Of a stretch of DNA of 64,000 nucleotides, positions 48,100-57,187 are shown in pieces; position 1 is the stretch's first letter, and each line of letters begins with the position of its first letter. A program made the position numbers and the translations under genes. The stretch is from Armatimonadota bacterium (GTDB lineage Bacteria; Armatimonadota; HRBIN16), in the NCBI GenBank assembly GCA_963677485.1, contig OY781964.1, positions 1,024,001 to 1,088,000 of the forward strand, written 5' to 3'. The notes under the pieces are model-generated. The model was not told where the DNA came from and ran no database searches. It was given only the letters and a program-made list of their open reading frames with translations.

Positions 48100-50634
48100 A
48101 TGACGATACTACCAGTTCCACAGCAGTTGCAGCATGTAAACGACGAGATGCCGATCACTCTTCTTCGCGAAATGACGCTGATGGTACCCAACGACAGTCA
48201 GGAGAGCCTCCGCCGCCATATCAAGGAGTTGTGCGATGAAGCCCGCATCAAGTACAAGCTGAGCATCAGCGCACTAAATGGTTTTATGCTGAGTGCGGGC
48301 GCGGCGAAGACAGGCGGCAAGGGATCTGCCTTTAGCGAGCAGGCGAAGCAGCAGGGGTATCGGCTGGATATCCGCCCAGAAGGACTTACGCTGACCGCCG
48401 AAACCGAGCAGGGGCTGTTCTACGGCTTGATGACGCTGCGCCAGATTCTGCTGGAAGCGAAGAGCGAACGCCGACGCGGCATCGCCGCTGTCAGCATTGT
48501 GGACTGGCCAGCCATCGAGATGCGGGGTTATCAAGAGGACTACGGCCGTGACCAGCTCTCCACCATGGAAGACCTGAAACGCACCGTCCTGCGTCTGGCT
48601 CAGTATAAAATGAACACCTTCTTGATGTATATCGAACCCGATCATTTTGTTTACAAGTTTGATCCCAATATCAGCACCGACTATGACCGGTTCACGATGG
48701 CTGAAATCCGCGATCTCGTCGCCTATGCCAAGCGATACTATGTGCAGATTATCCCCGTGGTGGAGCTGCTGGGCCATACGGAGATGCTGCTGCGTCACGA
48801 ACGGTATAAACGCATTGCCGAGATGCCCACCGGAGGTGGTGACCTCTGCCCCACCAGCGAAGAGACCTGGGAGGTGGTGGCTAAAATCGTCAACGAGTTG
48901 GCACCCGCTTTCAACGGCAAGTATTTCCACACGGGCCTCGATGAAAGCATGGCCATCGGTCAAGGCCGCAGCAAAGAGGCAGTGGATAAGTACGGCATCG
49001 CGAAGGTCTACGCGGATTATTACAACAGGCTGAACCGGCTGATCCGCAAGCACGGTCAGACGATGATGATGTACGGCGATATCGTGATGAACCACCCCGA
49101 CATCTTAACCATGCTGGACAAAGACATCGTGCTGATGAGCTGGGACTATATCCCGCAAGAACGATACGGTTCGCTGGACAGGTTCTCACAGTTGGGCTTC
49201 AAGACCACATCCTTAAGCGGCCTGTGGGACTGGAGGCAGGCCTACCCGTTGGGCGGGGCGACCTTCAAGAACATCGACACCTACACCAAACAGATCGTTG
49301 AGGTAGGCGCTTTAGGGCACTTCGTGAGTGACTGGGGCGATGGGTACCACGGGGCCAACGGCAAAAACTTGAGCGAAAACAACGACATGAGCGCTGTCTA
49401 CTGCGGCTGTTCGGGTTGGAGTGCGCGCCCTATACCCATCCGCGAGTTTGTTCCGATGTATTGCCAGACCTACTATGGCAGCTCGGACCCGCAGCTTTCC
49501 GGAGCACTGACGAACCTGGCCCTGGCTCAAGGTGAGGGGGTTGAGCGCAGCTATCAGGCGCTCATCATGCAGTGGGGGGATTTCCGTCCGAAGATATTCA
49601 GCATGTTCGAGGTGTCAGATGAGGAGATGCGCTTCTGGAGGCATATGGGGGAGACGGCTGAACAGGCGATTCAGGTTCTACACCGCCAGCGCCTGCCTCG
49701 CAACGGTGACCGACTGGATGCCGTGATTGTGGCGGCCCGCCATCTGGTCATGGCTTCGCAGATGGCCATGGGTGCCTCGCAGATCGTAAAATTGGTAGAC
49801 CAGCCCACGCCTGACAAATTATCTACCGAGGCCATACTAAGGCTACTCATCAAAAATCAAACCAGCCTGGGCAAGGATTACCGCACGGTCTACCTGCGGC
49901 GAAACCGGCCACTCAATATGAACCACATTCAGAAGGTATGGGAATACACCATCGGTTGCCTAAAATCTGTTCTAGCTGACCTGAAGGCAGGACGGCTGAC
50001 TTTCAGCACCCCCAAGGCGATGGTGGCCATGTGGCGGTTTGATCATAAAGCTCCCTGGGAGAGCCTGCCCAAGGGCCTCACGCTCACACCAAAAACGTCA
50101 GATGCCACCATCGGCGCACTCTCTAGTGGAGAAGGGTATGTGATGCTGCGCAACGGCGTCTACTTGAGTGCGATTGACAGTAAACGGCTATTGGACTTCG
50201 GTCAGCGCTCCTTTACGGTGGAGCTTTGGACGCGGCATCATGGCCAGAAGCCGCAGCAGTTCGGCAGCACCTTCTTTAGCGATGGCGTGGGCTGGCGGGT
50301 GGGTGTGAACAACAGCCATCAGATCACGTTCACGCTGTATGGTGTGTCCGACATACTCTGTCCCAGCGCGGTGCTGCCGCCAGATGGTCAGTGGCATCAT
50401 GTGGCCATCAGCTTCAGCTATTACCACAAGGTTCATTTCTACGTGGACGGCGTGCTGAAGCAGCAGATGGAGCTGGCGGGCAGACCGAACAGCACCGAGA
50501 ATCCTATGCTGCTTGTGGGCAACGAATCTGGGCTTGCGACGCCCTATGTGGGTGACATCACCAGACTGCGGGTTCACTCCGGCGCATTAACCGCTGATGA
50601 GCTGGACAGCAAGTTAAGCCCAGTGCAGTTGTAG
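48100..50634 (+). CDS. GH20 beta-N-acetylhexosaminidase-like protein with C-terminal LamG domain (copy 1)
   Basis: QGYRL, GLFYGLMTL, DWPAIEMRG, LLGH, catalytic HTGLDE; WHHVA..FYVDG. Confidence 0.88.
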   Translation: MTILPVPQQLQHVNDEMPITLLREMTLMVPNDSQESLRRHIKELCDEARIKYKLSISALNGFMLSAGAAKTGGKGSAFSEQAKQQGYRLDIRPEGLTLTAETEQGLFYGLMTLRQILLEAKSERRRGIAAVSIVDWPAIEMRGYQEDYGRDQLSTMEDLKRTVLRLAQYKMNTFLMYIEPDHFVYKFDPNISTDYDRFTMAEIRDLVAYAKRYYVQIIPVVELLGHTEMLLRHERYKRIAEMPTGGGDLCPTSEETWEVVAKIVNELAPAFNGKYFHTGLDESMAIGQGRSKEAVDKYGIAKVYADYYNRLNRLIRKHGQTMMMYGDIVMNHPDILTMLDKDIVLMSWDYIPQERYGSLDRFSQLGFKTTSLSGLWDWRQAYPLGGATFKNIDTYTKQIVEVGALGHFVSDWGDGYHGANGKNLSENNDMSAVYCGCSGWSARPIPIREFVPMYCQTYYGSSDPQLSGALTNLALAQGEGVERSYQALIMQWGDFRPKIFSMFEVSDEEMRFWRHMGETAEQAIQVLHRQRLPRNGDRLDAVIVAARHLVMASQMAMGASQIVKLVDQPTPDKLSTEAILRLLIKNQTSLGKDYRTVYLRRNRPLNMNHIQKVWEYTIGCLKSVLADLKAGRLTFSTPKAMVAMWRFDHKAPWESLPKGLTLTPKTSDATIGALSSGEGYVMLRNGVYLSAIDSKRLLDFGQRSFTVELWTRHHGQKPQQFGSTFFSDGVGWRVGVNNSHQITFTLYGVSDILCPSAVLPPDGQWHHVAISFSYYHKVHFYVDGVLKQQMELAGRPNSTENPMLLVGNESGLATPYVGDITRLRVHSGALTADELDSKLSPVQL

Positions 50635-50734
50635 GCAAAAGGATGGGCGGATGGCCGCCGTCCCTGTACAATACAAATACAAAGATACCTATACCATTGC
50701 CCATTACACCGTGACCTAATGCAGGAGGCACCCG

Positions 50735-53290
50735 ATGACGATACTACCAGTTCCACAGCAGATGCAGCAGTTAAGTGGCGAGATGCCGCTCACTCTTCTT
50801 CGCGAAATGACGCTTTTGGTGCCCGGCAACAGCCAGGAGAGCCTACGCGGGCACATCAAGGAGTTGTGCGATGAGGCAGGGCTTAGATGCAAACTGGATG
50901 TCAGAGCCGCTAATGGCAATGGCTACCTGCTGAGTGCGGGTGCCATAAAGGGCCGAAGCACCCCTTTATACGATTTAATCAATCCGGCTGGCTCCACCAG
51001 TTCCCAACAGGGGTATCGGCTTGAAATCCGCCCAGAGGGGCTGGCGCTGGCCTCCGAAACTGAGCAAGGGCTGTTCTACGGTCTGATGACACTGCGCCTA
51101 ATTCTACTGGAAGCGCAAAGCGAACGTCGCCGAGGCATCGCCGCAACCAGCATCGTGGACTGGCCAGCCATCGAGATGCGCGGTTACGAAGAGGACTACG
51201 GCCGCGACCAGGTCTCCACTATGGAGGACCTGAGGCGCACCATCCTCCGCCTGGCACAGTATAAAATGAACAGCTTCTTGATGTATATTGAGCCCGATCA
51301 TTTTGTATACAAGTTTGACCCCAACATCAGCACCGACTATGACCGCTTCACCATGGCGGAAATCCGCGAACTCGTCGCGTATGCCAAGCGATACTATGTG
51401 CAGATCATCCCCGTGATCGAGCTGCTGGGCCATACGGAGATGCTGCTGCGTCACGAACGGTATAAACGGATCGCCGAGATGCCCACTGGCGGCGGTGACC
51501 TCTGCCCCACCAGCGAAGAAACCTGGGAGGTGGTCGCCAACATCATCAATGAGCTGGCACCCGCTTTCAACGGCAAGTATTTCCACACGGGCCTCGATGA
51601 AAGCATGGCCATCGGCCAAGGCCGCAGCAAAGAGGCCGTGGAGAAATACGGCATCGCTAAAGTCTACGCTGACTATTACAACAGGCTGAACCGGCTGATC
51701 CGAAAGAACGGTCAGACCATGATGATGTATGGCGATATCGTGATGAATCACCCCGATATCCTCACGATGCTGGACAAGGACATCGTGCTGGTAAGCTGGG
51801 ATTATATCCCGCGAGACCGGTATGAATCGCTCTACCGGTTTGCGGAGCTGGGTTTCAAGACGGTCACCTTAAGCGGAATGTGGGACTGGAGCCAGGCTTA
51901 CCCGCTGAGCGGAGCCGCCTTCAAAAACATCGATGCCTTCACCAAACAAGGCCTTGAAAAGGGCACCATGGGACACTTTGTAAGTGACTGGGGCGATGGA
52001 TACCGCGGGGCAAACGGCATGAACCTCAGCGAGAACACCGACATGAGCGTGGTCTATTGCGGTTGTTCGGGCTGGAGTGCGCGCCCGATACCCATCCGTG
52101 AGTTCATACCGATGTTCTGCCAGACCAACTTCGGCAGTCCAGACCCGCAGCTTGCGGAAGCATTTACCAGCCTGGCACTGGCGCAAGGTGAGGGGCTGGA
52201 GCGCAGCACTCAAGCGCTTAACATGCAGCGCGGCGATATCCTGGCGAAGATATTCACCATGCTGGACGCGTCAGATGAGGAGCTTCGCTTCTGGCAGAAT
52301 CTGGGAGAGACGGCAGACAAGGCGATACAGGTTCTCAGCCGTGAACGCCTCCCGCGCAACGGTGACCGGCTGGACGCGGTGATTATTGCGGCCCGCCATC
52401 TGCTGATGGCTTCCCAAATGGCCACCGGTGCCGCTCAAATTGTAAAGATGATGAACCAGCCTAAGCCCGACGCGTCCGCAGCCGAGGCGATACTGGTAAG
52501 GCTTATCAAACAGCAGACCAGCCTTGGTAAGGACTACCGAACGGTCTACCTGCGGCGTAACCGGCCGATCAACATGAACTACATTCAGAAGGTGTGGGAA
52601 TACACCATCGGATGCTTGAATGCGGCTTTGACTGACCTGCGGGCGGGCCGGCTGAGCTTCAGCACCCCCAAAGCGATGGTCGCCGTGTGGCGGTTTGATC
52701 CCAAAGCTCCCTGGGAGAGCCTGCCCAAGGGTCTCACGCTCACGCCAAAAACGCCAGATGCGACCATCGGCACCCTCTCCAATGGCGAGGGGTATGTGAT
52801 GCTGCGCAACGGGGTCTACCTGAGTGCGGTAGACAGCAAAAAGTTGATGGACTTCGGCCAGCACTCCTTCACAGTAGAGCTCTGGACGCGGCACCATGGC
52901 CAGAAGCAGCAGCAGTTTGGCAGCACCTTCTTCAGCGATGGAGTGGGCTGGCGGGTCGGGGTGAACAGCGACCACCAGATCATGTTCACGCTGTATGGTG
53001 TCTCCGACATGCTCTGTCCCAGCGCGGTGCTGCCGCCAGATGGCGAATGGCATCATGTGGCGATCAGCTTCAGCTTATGCCACAAGGTGCATTTCTACGT
53101 GGATGGCGTGCTTAAGCAGCAGATGGAGCTGGCGGGCAGACCGAACAGCATCCAAAACCCAATGCTGCTGGTGGGCAATGAGATCGGATTGGTGACCCCG
53201 TATGTGGGTGATATCACCCGGCTGCGGGTTCACTCTGGCGCATTGACAGCCGATGAACTGGATAGCAAGATTAGCCCGGTGCAGTCGTAG
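50735..53290 (+). CDS. GH20 beta-N-acetylhexosaminidase-like protein with C-terminal LamG domain (copy 2)
   Basis: Same motifs; collinear near-duplicate of copy 1. Confidence 0.88.
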   Translation: MTILPVPQQMQQLSGEMPLTLLREMTLLVPGNSQESLRGHIKELCDEAGLRCKLDVRAANGNGYLLSAGAIKGRSTPLYDLINPAGSTSSQQGYRLEIRPEGLALASETEQGLFYGLMTLRLILLEAQSERRRGIAATSIVDWPAIEMRGYEEDYGRDQVSTMEDLRRTILRLAQYKMNSFLMYIEPDHFVYKFDPNISTDYDRFTMAEIRELVAYAKRYYVQIIPVIELLGHTEMLLRHERYKRIAEMPTGGGDLCPTSEETWEVVANIINELAPAFNGKYFHTGLDESMAIGQGRSKEAVEKYGIAKVYADYYNRLNRLIRKNGQTMMMYGDIVMNHPDILTMLDKDIVLVSWDYIPRDRYESLYRFAELGFKTVTLSGMWDWSQAYPLSGAAFKNIDAFTKQGLEKGTMGHFVSDWGDGYRGANGMNLSENTDMSVVYCGCSGWSARPIPIREFIPMFCQTNFGSPDPQLAEAFTSLALAQGEGLERSTQALNMQRGDILAKIFTMLDASDEELRFWQNLGETADKAIQVLSRERLPRNGDRLDAVIIAARHLLMASQMATGAAQIVKMMNQPKPDASAAEAILVRLIKQQTSLGKDYRTVYLRRNRPINMNYIQKVWEYTIGCLNAALTDLRAGRLSFSTPKAMVAVWRFDPKAPWESLPKGLTLTPKTPDATIGTLSNGEGYVMLRNGVYLSAVDSKKLMDFGQHSFTVELWTRHHGQKQQQFGSTFFSDGVGWRVGVNSDHQIMFTLYGVSDMLCPSAVLPPDGEWHHVAISFSLCHKVHFYVDGVLKQQMELAGRPNSIQNPMLLVGNEIGLVTPYVGDITRLRVHSGALTADELDSKISPVQS

Positions 53291-53296
53291 GGAACG

Positions 53297-53468
53297 GGGA
53301 CATGGCGGTGGAACCACACCGCCCCGGTTAAGCGAAAACCGACGCAGAGGTTCCGTGTAGGGCAACCCCCAGTGGTTGCCCTCATGACGAACCGCCATTC
53401 TGATCGGTCCAATCCGTCCCTCCGATGCCCGAAACGTGTTCGGATGGCCACAAAGGCCATCCGAACAA
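53297..53468. repeat. Small repeat/hairpin cluster
   Basis: GTAGGGCAACCCCCAGTGGTTGCCCT (53357-53382); ATCGGTCCAATCCGTCCCTCCGATGCCCG; TGTTCGGATGGCC-ACAAA-GGCCATCCGAACA. Confidence 0.75.
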
Positions 53469-53485
53469 ACAGGCAATAACACGAA

Positions 53486-54346
53486 TTGTCAGTGAGGTAT
53501 ACCAGCATGGATATGATGCAGGAACTACTGAAAATGCCGTTTCGGTTTGTATCGGGGCACCGCCACGAGGCACCTATGATCTGTGCCACGCACAGCCACA
53601 GCTCGTTCGAGATCGTGTATCACCCATCTGGCCGTGGCTCCACCCAGCTACAGTCATCACGCACAGTGGAGTTCTGTCAAGGCAGTGTGGTAATCTACGC
53701 TCCCAATACCGCCCACGACCAAACGATGGTCGAAACCGGCATGGATGTCATCTTGCAGATTGATGTGGAAGCCCCCCTCCCACCGGACATGCCCGACTGC
53801 TGGTACATCACGGAGGCACTTGATTCCCATCTGCTGCAGGAACTGTATCTGCTCTCGGATGTCCACCCCTCACGCTCACCCCTGCAGCAAAAGATTCTGG
53901 ACCACCGGGCTGCCGCGGTGATCCTTGCCTTGTTCCAGCTAGATTCCATGCGCTGCATGAGAATCCACAACCCGCTGGATTATTATGCGGAACGCGCTGA
54001 CCAGTACCTGCGCACCAACTACAGGACCATCGATCATTTTGAGGAGATCAGCAAGCACTTGTGCATCAGCTCGTCGCACTTGCGCCATTTATTCAAGCGG
54101 CGGTTTGGCACTAATATCTCGCATACTCTGACCATGCTGCGCATTGAGCGGTCGCTTGACCTGTTGCGTAACCCCGAGATGACGCTGGCCACCATCGCCC
54201 ATGAGTGCGGCATCGCGAATGAGCGGTATTTCATCACCATATTCAAAGAGGTCATGGGATGTACTCCTGGGCAATACCGTAACAAGCTTCTCATAGCCTA
54301 TACCAGCCAGATGACTGCCATAACACCGCCCTCCAGTCCGGAGTAG
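53486..54346 (+). CDS. AraC-family transcriptional regulator
   Basis: Cupin HSHSSFEIVY; HTH SHLRHLFKR...IAHECG..NERYF..FKEVMGCTPGQYR. Start may be 53507. Confidence 0.92.
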   Translation: MSVRYTSMDMMQELLKMPFRFVSGHRHEAPMICATHSHSSFEIVYHPSGRGSTQLQSSRTVEFCQGSVVIYAPNTAHDQTMVETGMDVILQIDVEAPLPPDMPDCWYITEALDSHLLQELYLLSDVHPSRSPLQQKILDHRAAAVILALFQLDSMRCMRIHNPLDYYAERADQYLRTNYRTIDHFEEISKHLCISSSHLRHLFKRRFGTNISHTLTMLRIERSLDLLRNPEMTLATIAHECGIANERYFITIFKEVMGCTPGQYRNKLLIAYTSQMTAITPPSSPE

Positions 54347-54488
54347 CCGTAACAATCTCATATCCAGTTTGAGGCGAACTCAGAAATTGCCATTTCAGAG
54401 GAAAAGTATACACGGTTGCCGAATACTAAACCATCAGGGCGGTGGTTATCACGCCCCTTCCATGTCAACCAGTGGAGGCTTTATACAT

Positions 54489-56021
54489 ATGAAAACACAG
54501 ATGCCCATAGGTGTAGATGATGCGGGAGCCCGCAAGCCTATATACGCCGATCCCGCCATGCAGCAAGCCTACCGTGAAATTGGGTTTGATTTCTTTAGCT
54601 GGCATATCTGGGGTTCTACCGAACTGTCGGAATATGTCGCTATGCGCGACTGGGCGGACCGCAATAAAACAGGCTTTATCGTCAACCAGGAGGGCGGTCC
54701 GAGGCAGCCCGGTGATCCGACCGTCTATCACCACCCCGGCTTTTTCTACCAGCCCAGTCGAGAGATAGTCAAGGCGTTATGCAAGAGCCGGAACTTCCTG
54801 GGCATTACGTATGACGAAGCGGAACACTGGCAGATGAACGGCATCAACGTGACCGGCGGAGCAAAGGAGTTTGCACCTCACTTCGTCAACGCCGATGGAC
54901 TGAGCCTGAACGAGACTTACCAGGCGATGATAGTCAACCTGCGGCAACTGATGAGCCACTGTTACCCGGGATTGGCGGACAACGCCTTCCGCACCACCAA
55001 AACACCCATCGTGATGCTGGAAAATGTGTTCCCCGTGATGATGCATCTGTTCGCCCGAGCAGGCTTTGGCATGTCGATGAAGCTACTGAAGGAGAGCATC
55101 ACGCCGGTCCAACTGGGGATGGCACTAGGAGCATGTGCGCAGTATCATGTGCCGTTATGGCCATGCATCGACATGTGGGGACTGGGCGGTTACCAGGTCA
55201 ATCACAAACCGAACAACGTGCTCTCCGCCTTACGCATGAGCTTCTACACAGGCGCGCAGCGCTGCTACATAGAGAACTTCAACTACGAAAACAGCCTGTA
55301 TAAGGTTGAGAATGAACATCCTGTGTTGAATGCCTATGCGGACACCATCAAGAAATTTCGGAATGAAGAGCTGCCTACTCTGAAGCGAAGCTGGCAGCCG
55401 CATGACTTCCGGCCCGAAATCGCAATCATCCGGTTTGAGGACAGCGACTGGGGTCAGATGCCGGCTGGCACATGGATCACGGGCAACCTGTATGGCAATC
55501 CGAAACTGATGCCTGATGATCACACCCGCTACTGGCACCGCATCTGGAGCCTGCTGATGCACCAGAAGGTGGCTCCGCTGGGTGTAAACTTCAACCAGCG
55601 CGTGGGTGGTGTCACACCGTATAACATCTTCTTCCCATGCAATAACGCCGGCGTGTTTGACCACACCGTCTCTGACCCTAAGCTGTTCGTCAACACGAAG
55701 CTCACGTTCCTGACGGGCACGCAAATCAGCCCCGACACCATGCGGGTGCTGCACACTCTAGTCAAAGAGGGTATGGTGGTCGTCACACCGTCGCATCTGG
55801 CGGTACACGGCATGGATGCCACCCCTGGAAAAGCATACACCGAGCTCAGCTCCGGTAAAGGCAGTTGGATTGTGTGTGATGATGTGCTGCATCCCGAAAT
55901 GGTGCAGCGTCTTGCACCCATGCTGGGAACAGACGATGAGTTCCGACTGGGTTTTGGAAAGCACAAAGTATGCTTCAAGCAGGATGACCAGAAGCAGCCG
56001 CTTTCAGTGTCCGTAAGCTGA
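54489..56021 (+). CDS. Hypothetical protein, possibly glycoside-hydrolase-like
   Basis: ATG 54489 after TGGAGG; long ORF with host-like codon usage; YDEAEHWQ; PEIAIIRF. Confidence 0.6.
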   Translation: MKTQMPIGVDDAGARKPIYADPAMQQAYREIGFDFFSWHIWGSTELSEYVAMRDWADRNKTGFIVNQEGGPRQPGDPTVYHHPGFFYQPSREIVKALCKSRNFLGITYDEAEHWQMNGINVTGGAKEFAPHFVNADGLSLNETYQAMIVNLRQLMSHCYPGLADNAFRTTKTPIVMLENVFPVMMHLFARAGFGMSMKLLKESITPVQLGMALGACAQYHVPLWPCIDMWGLGGYQVNHKPNNVLSALRMSFYTGAQRCYIENFNYENSLYKVENEHPVLNAYADTIKKFRNEELPTLKRSWQPHDFRPEIAIIRFEDSDWGQMPAGTWITGNLYGNPKLMPDDHTRYWHRIWSLLMHQKVAPLGVNFNQRVGGVTPYNIFFPCNNAGVFDHTVSDPKLFVNTKLTFLTGTQISPDTMRVLHTLVKEGMVVVTPSHLAVHGMDATPGKAYTELSSGKGSWIVCDDVLHPEMVQRLAPMLGTDDEFRLGFGKHKVCFKQDDQKQPLSVSVS

Positions 56022-56099
56022 TCCCTCTCGATGAACGAACCAATCCGTCAGGCTGGGCAGTGGCCCAGCCTGACATATTCATACTAAGGAGACATCTGA

Positions 56100-57059
56100 A
56101 TGCCATTGATCGACATGCCCCTGGAGGAGTTATACCAATATCAGGGACGCAACCCACGGCCAGCCAACTTCGACAGCTACTGGGACTCCGCACTTGCCGA
56201 GATGCGTGCGATTGACCCCCAAATCGAACTAAAGCCCCTGCCCAGCCATAGTACGCAGGTAGAGGCGTTTGAGCTCACCTTCACCGGTGTGGGTGGGGCC
56301 CGTGTGTATGCGAAGTACATGCGCCCAAAGAACTTCACAGGAACCCGCCCCGTTGTGATGAACTTCCATGGTTATACTGGCAGCAGCGGTGACTGGTTTG
56401 GATACCGAGGCTGGTTAAGTGAGGGGTTCTGCATAGCGGCACTGGACTGCCGCGGTCAAGGCGGTTACAGCGAAGATGCAGGCGGTGTGAAGGGCAATAC
56501 CTTCAACGGCCATATCATCCGAGGTTTGGATGACGTGCCTGAGAAACTCATGTATCGCGGCCTATACCTCGATACCGCCCAACTCACGGACATCGTGATG
56601 GGCTTCCCTGAGGTGGATGCCGGCCGTGTGGTGGCCACCGGCGGCTCACAGGGCGGCGGACTGACCCTGGCTTGTGCGGCACTTCACTCCGGCATCAAGA
56701 AGGCCGCTCCCGCATTCCCCTTCCTGTGCGACTATAAGCGAGTGTGGGAGATGGATCAAGCGGCAGGTGCTTATGCGGAACTACGCACGCATTTCCGCAC
56801 CTACGACCCTCTGCACGAGCGTGAAGAGGAGATATGGACCAAGCTGGGCTACATCGATGTGCAGCACCTCGCCCCACGCATCAACGGGGAAGTGATGATG
56901 TTTACCGGCTTGATGGACAACATCTGCCCCCCCAGCACGCAGTTTGCGGCCTACAACAAGATCACCTCGCCAAAGCAGGTCGTGATCTACCCAGACTACG
57001 GCCATGAAGGTCTGCCCGGCGCCTCGGATATGATTTTCGAGTGGCTGATTCAGATATAA
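56100..57059 (+). CDS. Acetyl xylan esterase / cephalosporin-C deacetylase (CE7)
   Basis: FHGY, DCRGQGG, GGSQGG, D.ICPPSTQFAAYN, YGHE. Confidence 0.93.
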   Translation: MPLIDMPLEELYQYQGRNPRPANFDSYWDSALAEMRAIDPQIELKPLPSHSTQVEAFELTFTGVGGARVYAKYMRPKNFTGTRPVVMNFHGYTGSSGDWFGYRGWLSEGFCIAALDCRGQGGYSEDAGGVKGNTFNGHIIRGLDDVPEKLMYRGLYLDTAQLTDIVMGFPEVDAGRVVATGGSQGGGLTLACAALHSGIKKAAPAFPFLCDYKRVWEMDQAAGAYAELRTHFRTYDPLHEREEEIWTKLGYIDVQHLAPRINGEVMMFTGLMDNICPPSTQFAAYNKITSPKQVVIYPDYGHEGLPGASDMIFEWLIQI

Positions 57060-57086
57060 ACGGGCGCTGCCTGAGGCGTGAAGTCA

Positions 57087-57126
57087 CGGGATGCATGTAG
57101 CAGCGGGGACATGCATCCCGTTTGTT
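57087..57126 (+). terminator. Probable intrinsic terminator
   Basis: CGGGATGCATGT / ACATGCATCCCG 12-bp stem followed by TTTGTT. Confidence 0.6.
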
Positions 57127-57187
57127 CTCGTGTATTGGGTGGTAAAATGAGCCTGTTGCACGTTTATATGTTCTGAGGTTGTGAGTG

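Noticed and set aside
48100-53290. GH20 duplication as an assembly artefact or DGR template/variable pair
   Set aside because: The copies differ by many synonymous changes and indels throughout, not adenine-specifically, and no reverse transcriptase is present.
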